Source: Zygnema circumcarinatum SAG 698-1b
Lineage: Eukaryota > Plantae > Zygnematophyceae
Length of the DNA stretch: 64,000 bases
Direction: 5' to 3'
NCBI GenBank assembly: GCA_037447605.1
Contig: CM074817.1
Span: 372,001-436,000, forward strand
This document shows positions 12,849 through 24,227 of this stretch, piece by piece. Numbering within the stretch: the stretch's first letter is position 1; every line of letters begins with the position of its first letter. Both the position numbers and the translations under genes were made by a program. The notes below the pieces were generated by a model that worked only from the letters and a program-made list of their open reading frames with translations, was not told where the DNA came from and did not search any database.

Positions 12849-14087
12849 GCAGGAACTACCAGTGTGTTGGTTTCCTAGTTGTATTGTACAGCGCCCGCTC
12901 TGTCCTTGTTTGTGCAGTGACAGGTATATCGTTTTTATTGTATGTTTGTATGTGTAAGGAATAATTCTGGATGTTTCGATGGCAGGGTGGGAGCGCTTAC
13001 TGTGTTACAGCATAGTTTATGCCTTTTTGTATACGTATTTATGGTGGAACTTGGTGCGCAAATCATGGTCTGAGTGGCCGATGAAGTCGGGGCTAGGTCT
13101 GCATATCGAGGCATATCGAACTTGTCCGACGAGGCGACACACAAGCTCGGAAATGAAAACTGTTGACAAGTGCGTTTTTAAGAAATTATGCTGCTCAATA
13201 TGCGTCCATTTCTTGTCATACAAGCGATTCCGGATGAAGGAGAATCGCTCAATAATTTATTTAGATTAATTTCGCGGCACCGATTTTGTTACGTTGACTT
13301 TCGATCTGGTGGCTCAAACTATTTCTCGTTGGTTAAGGTCATCTATGCAGATTTTTTTGTTTCCATAGTATTTAAAATGGCACAACAACTTGTACCTCAG
13401 AGCGTGAATGCGTATTTTCCAAATTAACAAGACACGGTAACGATACAACAGCCATGCACTATTCAATGGGAACGGCTAATTGCTGGTTAGGTCCCGACTG
13501 AGCCGACCAAGCCATAGTCGATCGTTAATGTGCAGGAGAATCCCGGACATACAAGTCAAGCCCACTGAACACTAAGTTCGCTTAAACTGGATAATCCGTG
13601 GTTTGATTCTCTCAAATATTATCCAGAATCTAACCGGAACATCACAGAATGACCTAAATAACAGCTAATGATAACGAGCTAAGTTTGATCTATACAATTG
13701 CCTGCTGATAGAGGGAGGGACTTAGCAAACGACGACGAGTAAAACGAGAGAGAGGCGCCTACTTGCATTGCTGCTATAATAAAAAAGAAAGTTCGAAGAC
13801 ATATGGACGACCTTTTGCTTTGAACGAGGAGATACGAAAGGATTGGATGTGCATTGGACCCCAATTCGTTTGATAGCAGAAATGCAAGAAACGGTCAATG
13901 TTTGTTTTGAATACTGTCATCCAAGACTTATGCAGCCTCCCCTTGATGACACTGCGGAGGAGAGAAGTGAGATCCTTCTAACTTAAGCTCATACGAAAGG
14001 GGCAAACAATAATAAAACGCTTCTTGTCATCATTCTGTATGATTATCGTCAGAGACCAATCGGATCAATGGAGCAGCAGAATTCCGC

Positions 14088-17000
14088 TCACTGTTTGCTG
14101 AGGTATCCCGGAATTGATCTTAGAGGTGAGAATGACAATCTTTTCCCCTGATGGCCGCCGATTCGATGAAAGCGTGGTGATTTTGGTACAGTCAGAGCCA
14201 TCACAGACCTGCAATCGGAAAAGAGGGGAGAAAGGGGAGGGGAGGGGAGGAAGAGGAGGGGAGGGGAGGAAGAGGAGGGGAGGGGAAAGGAGTGGAGGTT
14301 ATACTTAGAAAATGCACAAAATTGCATGGAAGGAGATGAAGGAGAGAACGAACGTGCAACATGCATAAGGTCGAAAACGCAGAGAGTGTTACCTTTTTGG
14401 ATGGAATGGATTTCCGAAGATGGGCATTGGTCGAGCCCTAGGAACCATCTGATGCCGGAGAGCTTGGATGGCTAATTCTTCTCTCTCCTTTTCAAGCCGC
14501 TCTACTTCTCTCATCCTCTCCTCAATCTCCCTTTGCTTCTCCATAATCTGCAGAAAATCGGACGCCGGAGAATGCAAAAGAAATTAACTAAGGAAAAGAC
14601 CGAAGCAGGGTTCAAAATAAGAGGACACTTACAGAGCCCAAAAAATCTCATTGTGTGCATTGTGGTATATTGCTCACCTCTGCGTCAAATTCACCGCGTT
14701 CCACAGCACGAGTGCTAGTATTAAGCACAACTGACTCAGGCTCCGTAACCGGAATGAGCACTTTTGGTGGGAGAGCAGAAGGACTGTTGAACAGAGAACT
14801 CAAGGTTAAGGAAGTCCAGAGAATAACCGAGAAAAATAAATATTCATGCGGCGTTGTTCGATCATTTCTTCTCTGAAACAAGAAATGGGATTCTCTCTTC
14901 GAATGTTCAAACACTCAGAGAGCATTACAGAGGAAGGACGTAGAAACTATGTATGCGTAAGTGTAGAGAGCATAAATATCACACAGACAGAGAGGGGCTG
15001 AAGTGGATACACTAATCCCGTTATAGGCCGCGCTTTGAAGTGCATTTTTTTCCGAGCTGCTTCTTCTTGTGCAGCGATTTCCGCTGCGAGCTTCAGCTTC
15101 GCTTCGTTGTGCCTCTTAACACTCTCCAGATCGAACGGCTGTTGCCTTATCGGCTCCTTTACTGGCGGTCTCACAATCTTCTGCACACGCAATGTGAAGT
15201 TTGTTTGAACTTTCAGCACGAGATGGAGAGGGAAAAAGTGGTGGAGAGGGAGAGGGAGGGAGCGGGAGGGGGAGAGAGGGACAGGGAAAGTGAGAGAGAG
15301 CGAGTGGGGGAACAGGGACAGCAATCACACATTCTCATTTCCCAGAGTCTGTTCCCCAAAAGAACCCCACCTCTGATCAAAACCAATTTTCTCACAGAAT
15401 TTTTTTTCATTAACGAAAATAAGGAATGCGATTCTCCTTGTGGACGACTCAAATCTTGAAATCTCTCTTATTTTCTCGTAATTTCTCTTAAATTCTCTTA
15501 TCCACAGCCCGTACCTCCGAAATGACAGCTGTCCCCGGCATCGGCTTCGCAACAAGAATGCGAGCAGCAGCCTCTCTCGCCTTCTTCTCCTTCACCTGCT
15601 CCAAAAACGCATTTCGCTTCACAGATCCCCTCTCCTGCACTCTCCCACACCTCCCTCCCGCATCCAATCACTTTCTCGCTCTACCACTCCAGAATTTACT
15701 AGAGAAAACTCTCAACGAGTCGCCATTTCTTCCCCTCCTCAGCATATACTCTGAGTTTGTTGAAGTTCAAAAGTGATGAGAGTTTTGTCTCCCTTGCATA
15801 ATATCACTTTATATATCCCAGCAAGACTTCCCTCCACTGCCATGTCCACTTATTCTGAGTGGAGCCTCCACTAGCTCTGCCTCTCTTTCCTCTAAGGAAA
15901 TACTTCGTCACTGATCCCAATAGACTTTTTGTCAGTGCGGAAAAATGAAAGTCCTTATTGAATTTTACATTTCTAAACTACATCAGAAACGCACACACAT
16001 AAGCGGACAGGCTTCCTTACCTCTGTGACCAGATTGAATGGACGAGGCTTTGTCCCTTTCGCTGCCTTTGGCTCCTCTTCCTTTGAATCCGGCTGCTTTT
16101 GACCGCGGTTGACAGCAGGAAGTCTTTTGTCAATGGACTGCCATTGCTGAGCATCATCCCAGGTATCAAAATATAACATGTCAAAGCCACTTATAAGGGA
16201 TGAAAAGTTGATATAATCAAAGAATTTGCAGAGTTTCAATACCACCAAATAGGGTTTACGGAAGGCAAAGAGACTTATGAGCTGTTGTGGCATAAAGTGA
16301 AATGATACAGCGAGTTAGGCATGACGTAACCGTTCTTACAAAGGACTTTAAAGCTCAGTTTTACCTCCCACATTCACGCTCCCACTGCTTCCTCTTTGTT
16401 CCCTTCCAAATAATGCTTTGTCATTTTCTGCTCACCTTCTTCTGCCTTTCTACCATCCTCCCTCGGGTAGCTTCCTTTCCGCAAGGCTTATGAATTACTC
16501 CAAGTCTGCATGTGTGGCACAAAAAGTTGCACAACGATGCACAAGATTAAAAAACTGATGTACATTGGTTTGTCAAGAGAGGGAGAGCGAGAGCTCGGGT
16601 TTGGTACGCAGAAACTCTTATCTACTGCAACTGCCAACATGTCGAAGGGAGTACTCAAACCCTACAAGCATAGACATTAAACTCACCTCTTGATTTTACT
16701 TTCTTTGTTCTTCGGCGCCTTTACAAACCGCTTGAAGATGTTTGCTTCCTCAATGTTTGTCGAATTGCTTGCTTCAAAGTGAGGCCCCTTTACATCATCG
16801 AGCGCAATGAAAGGTGCAATGTCATTTGATTTTTTTGAAGCATTACCCGGACCTGTTCCAATTGGAGCTTCTCCTATTTTTCGTATATTCCCTCCCTCAG
16901 TCTGAGAAGGAGGAGCACCAATCGTAGCAGGACCTGCAACACTCTCATTGGCTGCTTCTCTCTCAACTCCGATCCTTTGGGAACTCCTTTTTCCAACACT

Positions 17001-18844
17001 CTTTGAGGCTGCTGGATTCGGAGAGTCTTTAGAAATCTTTGTTTGATCGTTGTCTTGTTTGTGCAAAGTTTCCCAATGTTGGCGTAGTTTTGCAACTAAT
17101 CCCTCCGGAACTGCTCTTTCTTTTTGCTTCCGCTGCTCTTCAGACGAGACCAACTCATTCCCAAGCTCACTCTTCTTTCGAACAGACTGCGAAACGTCAA
17201 ATGCTTCATCTCGAGCATCAGAACTTTGAGCAGATCGCTTCTCATTCTCCCGATTTCTTGCTTCAAACAATTTTTTCTGACATGAAACTAACGGAGAGGC
17301 GCCCTTACTTTCTATTTCTCCAAGTCTGGAAGTCCCGGCCGGCTTGCTTGTTTTGCTTTGTGCAGTTTTCGGAGGCCCCTTTATGACGGATCCTACTGGT
17401 GCACATGGCTTACCAGCTGTCATCTGAGAAGGGACATTTTCCCCTCGAGAAAATGGTTTAGAACTTCCCGGTTTTGAAGACGACGATGGAATTCTGCTTC
17501 TCGCTGTCTTTGACGAAGTGCTAGTCTTCACACTTCTGTCTGTGCATAGCAATGTCTTGTTCATGCCTTCAACTCCCTTAGGACCACCAGTTCCAGGGAG
17601 ACTTTGATGGCTATCTTCTAGCAGCCTTTTATCCCCTTTATCTCCTTTCTCCCCTTCATCTCCTTTATCCCCTTTATCACCTTTATTCCCTTTGCTCTTG
17701 CTTTGATTCTCGGAGGAGTTATTGTTTGTCAAAGGAGATAATACTTGAACCCTTGAGATTGAAAAGCCTTCCCGATTCACTTTCAAGGGGCTAATTTGAA
17801 GATTCCCTCTGTGAACAGACACGGAGCAAGCAACGGGCTACCTTACATTAGGAATGTCCAAAAGTTCACAAATTAAGCTAGTGATGGCCCACGACGAGAA
17901 CCCTCAATCAATTAAAGCCAAGACTGATTACTGCTTCATGAATGCAAACCTGGAACGATGACTTGAAAAAAATTCATTAAAAAACCCTTGTAAAGTTCTA
18001 ACGCAATCTACCAGTGCCAAGAGAGCGCTTACTTTTTTAGAGTCGAGCGCTTCTGCGGGCTGGGGTCAACGTTTTCCTCCAGAGGCGACTGAGTGAGCAT
18101 CTGGGAATGCAATAAACAGCAAATTAAAGGACAATGACCACAGTCAGCTTTCGGAAAAGGCAAGTAGATGTACAAAATTGGAATAAGAACTGATTTAGAT
18201 ATTATCAGCAATAGCCTGCTAAAAAGGAGTTGGTATCTATCGAATTTCTGGAAAGTTAGCAACATGGTATGTGAACCCAACGTTATTCCCAAGTGACAAA
18301 TGACGAGCTGCTTTAAATTAGTTCTTTGCTTCCAACTTCCTGTAAGAAATGGGATAGAACAAGGGGGGAGGTGTTCTCAAAAGCATGCCTTTTTTACAGG
18401 TGAAGAGGAGAGATGATGCGGCGTGGGAATTTCTGGAGAAGCCTCTTTCAGGTCCGTCGAGTCCACGTCCTCCTCTGCATCAGCTGGAAAACTCCAAACA
18501 AATAAATAGTGAGAAGAAACACAAGAAACTGCGTATGCAAAGCATTTGGGAGGTCGTAGGAACAGGAGTGAAAGGGATAAGCGAGAACTAGAACCCTGAC
18601 CTAATGATCCTAACCTGACCTGATGAAAGTTTCGTGTAGAAGTACCTGAAAGACTCTCGAACCACGCATCTGCATCGTCTGAGTCAGTCGGGGGGAAAAC
18701 ACAGATTGTTGGAGCGTTCACTTCATATCTTGGGTCGATTTTAAACGCTTCGGGAGTGGGAGGATCCATCCAGTACCCTTCACTTATCCGAGCTGCCTGC
18801 AGCCATCCTCCTGCAGCCTTTCCCGCTCGATATCCAGCAGCCAT
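14088..18844 (-). CDS. TPX2: TPX2 microtubule/spindle assembly factor
   Basis: N-terminal Aurora-binding-like motif IDPRYEVNAP...DADAWFE. Repeated TKPRPFNLVTE, QQPFDLESVKRH, FKARP, TEPESVVLNTSTRAVERGEFD motifs. C-terminal LRHQMVPRARPMP...SVMALTVPKSPRF. Start could be 18844 or 18769. Confidence 0.88.
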
Positions 18845-19049
18845 AGGTCTTTTCCCTTTGAAAAAACACTTCCCAGCCTTCAGCCCTAATTTCCTATCCT
18901 CCCAATATCCACTTCCTTACTATTGCAAGCCCCTACTCTTGTAAATTTTGTATGAAACTTTTCTGAGCTGCAGGTAATGAAAAATACATCATCACCACTT
19001 GCGAGTGCACAAGTTTTTGGGAATGTACGACTGCGGAGATGAACCAGCA

Positions 19050-19128
19050 GCCTCCCTCCCTCTCTCCCTCCCCTCCCTCCCTCCCTCCCTCCCTCCCTCC
19101 CTCTCTCCCTCTCTCCCTCCCTCCCTCC
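19050..19128. repeat. (CCCT)n/CT-rich tract in the TPX2 5' region
   Basis: Seen directly. Confidence 0.85.
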
Positions 19129-19159
19129 CAAGTGCCTTCCGAAATTCGTCAAAATGACG

Positions 19160-19179
19160 TTCAAAGCTTCCAACGGTCA
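19160..19179. promoter_or_regulatory. MSA element (TCCAACGGTCA) next to a CHR-like TTTGAA, upstream of TPX2
   Basis: 19169-19179 matches consensus YCYAACGGYYA exactly. TTCAAA at 19160-19165. TPX2 is a G2/M gene. Confidence 0.55.
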
Positions 19180-22100
19180 TCTCGTTTTGATCGAGCGCTT
19201 GAAACTCTCAAAGCACGGATCAACTTCTCTTGTACAGAAGTTGATATCCAGATCCACTATTGATCCCGAGCCAATCGGACGTCATCGCCCTACACTGGAA
19301 CTTGGATCCACTTGTGCTGAATTCCAGAAAAAAATGTAGGCGACCAATCGCGTGACCGATGTAAGGCCGCATTTTATTGAGAGGTGGACCGTACCGTACT
19401 TCTTGGTACAAAACACTACAGTACAGTATTTGGAGCAGTGGATCCACAGTCCTCCACGTGGGACATTATGCCTACATGGAAATCTCTGTCTAAAGACACC
19501 CTGCAGGGAAAATCCACTCTTGAACCTTGACTCTTGCTGAGGAACCGGAGGTCCACCGTCCTGGTCATGTATCTGGTCAACAAACTAAGGTCATGGTCAC
19601 AGTTCGGCATGGCAATGTCCATAGTCAAGATCCTGGTCATTGTAGTAGCCATGGTCACGCTCGCAGTCATGGTTTTGGTCACAGTTTCTTCAGCTGATAG
19701 CCATCACCTCCCCAGTTGAAACTGCTTAGGACGAGGAAGAGGGGATTGTTGCAAGAGCTGCAGTGCAGTTTCTCTGCTGCAATGACAGCATTGATAAACC
19801 TTGAAAGGAAGCTTGAAGGACAATGAATGAGGCAGAGCATATGTTTTGTCCTCAGCCATGGCCAATCAATCGCCCTGAATGACGATGATTTCATCTGTGA
19901 AGCAGGGTCCAGCGCTTTCCGAGACAGGGTCTTCTTGCATTTTCTTGGCTGGCTTGATTAGGTTAACTGTCGATTCCAGATAATATGCATTCATCGCAGA
20001 AAATGCATGCATGTGCTCTGCTTTATTGAAAAGGAATATTTGTGGTGGCGTCTTATAATGTATCATCAACCAGAGTTAGCATCGGTTGATGATTCGTCGA
20101 TGGCATTATTGCAAACATCAGCTTACCACACTTCTCCATGGTTTCAATTAGAGTTTCAGCCTCCCCCGGAATGCCTATATTCAGTGCATAATCAGTCCTC
20201 GCGATCACAGCCTGGTCCGGTTGCAAACAATTTCTTGAAAGGAGTCAAATGGTTCGTTTTCTCGCTGAGCTAAGCTGAGCTCATGTTGCATTAGTTCATA
20301 CAAACCGTTGATTTGCAGTCAGTGCTCATCCACCTTATTGAAAGAACCAACTCAAAGGCCAAAAATACTTGTTTCAGAAAGGGCAGTTTAGCTCACTAAA
20401 TGTATCGTACTTTTAGGACAGATTTTCTTTCGTAGCGAAGTTGCCTTTTTTGATTGGCAATGGTGCCACTTCAGGTCTCCAGATGGCGCGTGCTTTTTGG
20501 CCTGCTATGAAGACACTGGACTTCGCGTATTTGACTTGTAAGGAGCTAAACCAAAGAGCAGGCACTTGAATTTTGTTATGCCGACAAGTTCATTGTCCAT
20601 GGAAATGAAAGTTTATAAATTCGATTTTCCGCTATGTGAATCATTTTGAAATAAGGGTGGCAGGGTGTTGGGAGTTGCAAGCGCAAACTCAAGTTAGATT
20701 AACACGAACCCTTCTCAGCTTACTCTGTTCAAGACAGTTGTGCTCGGAAGAGAGTTATGTGGCGGGCTGNNNNNNNNNNNNNNNNNNNNNNNNNNNNNNN
20801 NNNNNNNNNNNNNNNNNNNNNNNNNNNNNNNNNNNNNNNNNNNNNNNNNNNNNNNNNNNNNNNNNNNNNCCACGTGGACCAATAAGTGCCACGTGGCATA
20901 ACGTGGTCTCGGTAGGGCGGGGCTGGCGCGCGTGATTGGCCATATCTCCGGACGGCTTTTATGACATTTTGTCTTTAGCGAAAACGCGCTTGGACGTACT
21001 GTATCTGGACTATGGCCGGTATTCAACACCTTTCGGCAAAATAGTTGATAGCTTTATAGAATACGTAATGTGCGTAGTATTTTTTATATTATTAAAGTCG
21101 TGTGCCCAGTACTGGTTCGCGAACAATCTCAGTGCCATCCCAGGTTACAAGGATCAGGGCATCTCGCGAGTGATACGATAATTGGCGGAGGCCGAGGACG
21201 CGAAACATCGTCAGATCAGAAAATTCGACGGCGGGCAGCGGGCAGGCGGGCACCAACTGAAACATTTGCAGCGGGCAGCCAACGGCAAATGCATCTGAGC
21301 CGTCCGTACGGACATTTTTATTGCTACCCGAACGTGGCGGACGAAACGAAACTCCCCAAAAGCTGCGCACGTTTTTCTCGCCCTCGCGAGGGAGCCCTCC
21401 GACCGTACGGACGGGCCCGCCCGCGGGATGCTGACGTGGCGATGGAGGGAGAGGATGGGGGAGAAGAGGGCAAGAGGAAGGCCAGGTTTGATCTCAGTTA
21501 TTTTCAGTTAAAGTATTTTCAGTGTGCCGCGCTCAATTTTGGGAAAAAGGCGATCTATGGATGGTTCAAAAGAAGAGGTGTAAATAGTGCACATTATTGC
21601 GTTTTCTTTATTCATCTCAACTTCGTCGTTCCATTCGGCGAGGAAAGGAGGCAGTCGGCTGCCTAAAGCCAGTCACTGGAAGCCCCAACATGGGAAGAAA
21701 ATGCCAAAATTTGGCATTGAATAATTTAAATGTCTCATTTTTGGTGAAAGTGAAGGCTCGGCTTCCTTTCTAAGCTCGAGCAGAAGTTTGTCGATTTGAC
21801 CGTTTTTCCTTTTCAACTTTTCTTTTAAAGGGATGCGAAGACCAGACTGTGAGTTGGCATTGAAGAAAATGACAAAGTGGAAAAAGCAAAAGATGAGGGG
21901 TTGGGGCTTAGAGCTCAGAAAGTTGGGCTTCTAACTTTTCACACTTCCACTGCTTTTGGCAGTCTTTTTATTTTCAGCAAACCTGTAGGCTCTGAAATTT
22001 CTGATATGAGTTTTTTTCAACTGTGTGTGGTCATCTGAAGATGCAAATACTGCAATGATGGTGGTGTTTTTTTTGCTCGTTTTCTTCTCTTGTGCGGAGG

Positions 22101-22685
22101 GACAACTCTGCATGCAGTGGCTCCCATGGCTTGAGCACATGATGATGATGATGATGGCCATGGGTCACTCATGGCCTCATCCTCATGTTGAGGAGCAAAG
22201 CGTTCATACGGTTGGAGGGTTTTGTGCATCAAAATGCTGAGGTTGAAAGGGAACTTTGGAGGACTCTTCAGAATGGAAGGTCCTCACAATGTGGGCTCTT
22301 AGGACCTGCAAGGCGAGGAACAAAACGACAAAAAATGGCTCCTTGCCTTGAGGCTCATGGAAGGCCAATCCAGAGCCGTACAAACTCAACTTAACAAACT
22401 AGAATTTGGTTTTTGTCCGTGCAGTTTCTGCTGTACAGTGCTTTAAGAAACAGTAACCTAAATGTTTGAAGCCGTGGCACTTTCTGATTGGTTCTGCTTG
22501 ACAATCTTGACTTTGCTGGACCAATGATATGATTTGGTGCGTTCACACGGGACCTTTTGACAACGACGAATCGAGCGAGACTCGCGGGGTATGAGGGCCG
22601 GAAAGGAACCCTAATGCCATGCAAGACGGCGCCGCCTGCTCGGCCCGAGTTTGGTTCTGACCGGGAGGGAGGGACCCATCAGGCT

Positions 22686-23784
22686 ATGGCGGCCTTTCTC
22701 ATCGTCGCGGGGAAGGGGCCGCTGCCATCGTGTGCAGGGAGAGAGCTCCTGCTAAAGGTATTACTGACTTTTCATTGATGAGTTTCAGCATCTTCTAATG
22801 GACACGGTGATGTTCCGCCTTTCTGAAATCAAAGCAGGTTTTGCACTACTCTGGCTAAAATTTAAGACAAGCTTCCTGATTGAAAGCATCATTTCCAAGA
22901 AGGAATTGTACCAGAAGGCTGAACGGTGATTATTTTTTGTAGTGGTAACGTATTTAGCTGGTCTATACGAATAAGAAACGCCCCTTTTTATTATCGTCAA
23001 GATCGTATTGCATATTTGGCTGCATAGGATGCTGATAAGAGGCATGGATCTCGCTCCTTGTGCCCAATATTGCAGATGGCATCTCTTTCTACGACCCCTG
23101 TCTACAGCGAAACTATCTTCCCTTCTGGCGAGGATGGGGAAAAGGTTGTCATTGAAGAGCGGACGACTGTCACTAATGCGGAGAGTGAACGAACTGACCA
23201 TCATGCGAGACTGGTTGAGCTTCGGGAGGGCTATTTGCATGACATGTGTGACTCGTACGGTCCGGCCTACGACACGCGATCACAGGACGAGGGCTATGGT
23301 CAGATCTATGGAGAGCCCGTGTTGGACTATGGTGTTGGAATGTAAGTATCCCCAACTGCGTTTCACAAATCTATTTGGTTCTAAGTCCAGGCATCAAAAT
23401 ACTGCTGGGTATGCATGTTTACTTCTCCAGCAATTGATTGACTTTTGTGGAGACTCTACCTGTTCGCACACAGTTGAAATTCCATTTTTCATTTATAGGT
23501 CATTAGGAAGGAGGTGTTGTCAGGCTTTAAAGTGGAAGAAGGTCCAGTTAATGGAGTTGCTGATTTATTATGGACTGCGCAATAGGTGCGGGAATGCTCC
23601 GGTTGAATGGGCACCCGCTCTCATCAAAGGTGATGAGCCGGCATCCCTTCTAGGAGAGCACGAAAGGGAAACGCAGGGAGAGCCCGTGAGCCAGGTGGAG
23701 CGTGGGCGCCATTCTCAGTCTGCTGAACAGATAACTGCCGAAAGACCTTCGCATGGGGAGCTTCACACTGGGACGGCGACGTAG
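22686..23784 (+). CDS. Small uncharacterised protein with a plant-like DSyGxxYxTRSxDEGyGxIYG motif, possibly mitochondrial
   Basis: Exons 22686-22757, 23076-23341, 23586-23784 splice in frame: MAAFLIVAGK...MASLSTTP...DSYGPAYDTRSQDEGYGQIYG...HERETQGEPVSQVERGRH. Confidence 0.65.
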
Positions 23785-24227
23785 ATACATGGAGATTTTG
23801 CAGACAGTTAGCCCCTTTTTGGGGCTGGGCTGGAATAGCATATCAGGAAGTTGGAGGAAATGTTCAGAGGTTACGGCGCACCAGGCCTCAACGTTTCAAG
23901 TGAAAGATATCACCCACTATACCGGGCTTGTTCCTAGGTTGCACTAGCACAACAATCATGTTCAGTTTCACTTTTTGTTGCAGCTGGTTTTTGTATGTAC
24001 TGTACTATGCTCTAGTGGACGGTGAACTCAGCAGGTGTCGCCTTTCCAGGATTGTTCCTCGAATCGTACCTCGAATCATATTCCAGCATCCCAGGCCTGC
24101 TTTCTCTACAAGACTGTGTTTTGATTACACGACAAATAATGAAATAAAACATCCAATGAACGTATCAATGAGGGAGAAAATGTTTAACAAAAAGACACAT
24201 TATTTAGGACATCGGCTAAAGTACAAG

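Noticed and set aside
19416-20273. Short ORFs and a degenerate TGGTCA hexamer repeat upstream of TPX2
   Set aside because: Stops in all frames and no recognisable motif; cannot support a gene or transposon call
21070-21666. 198-aa ORF
   Set aside because: No domain, non-ATG start, GC-rich promoter-like composition
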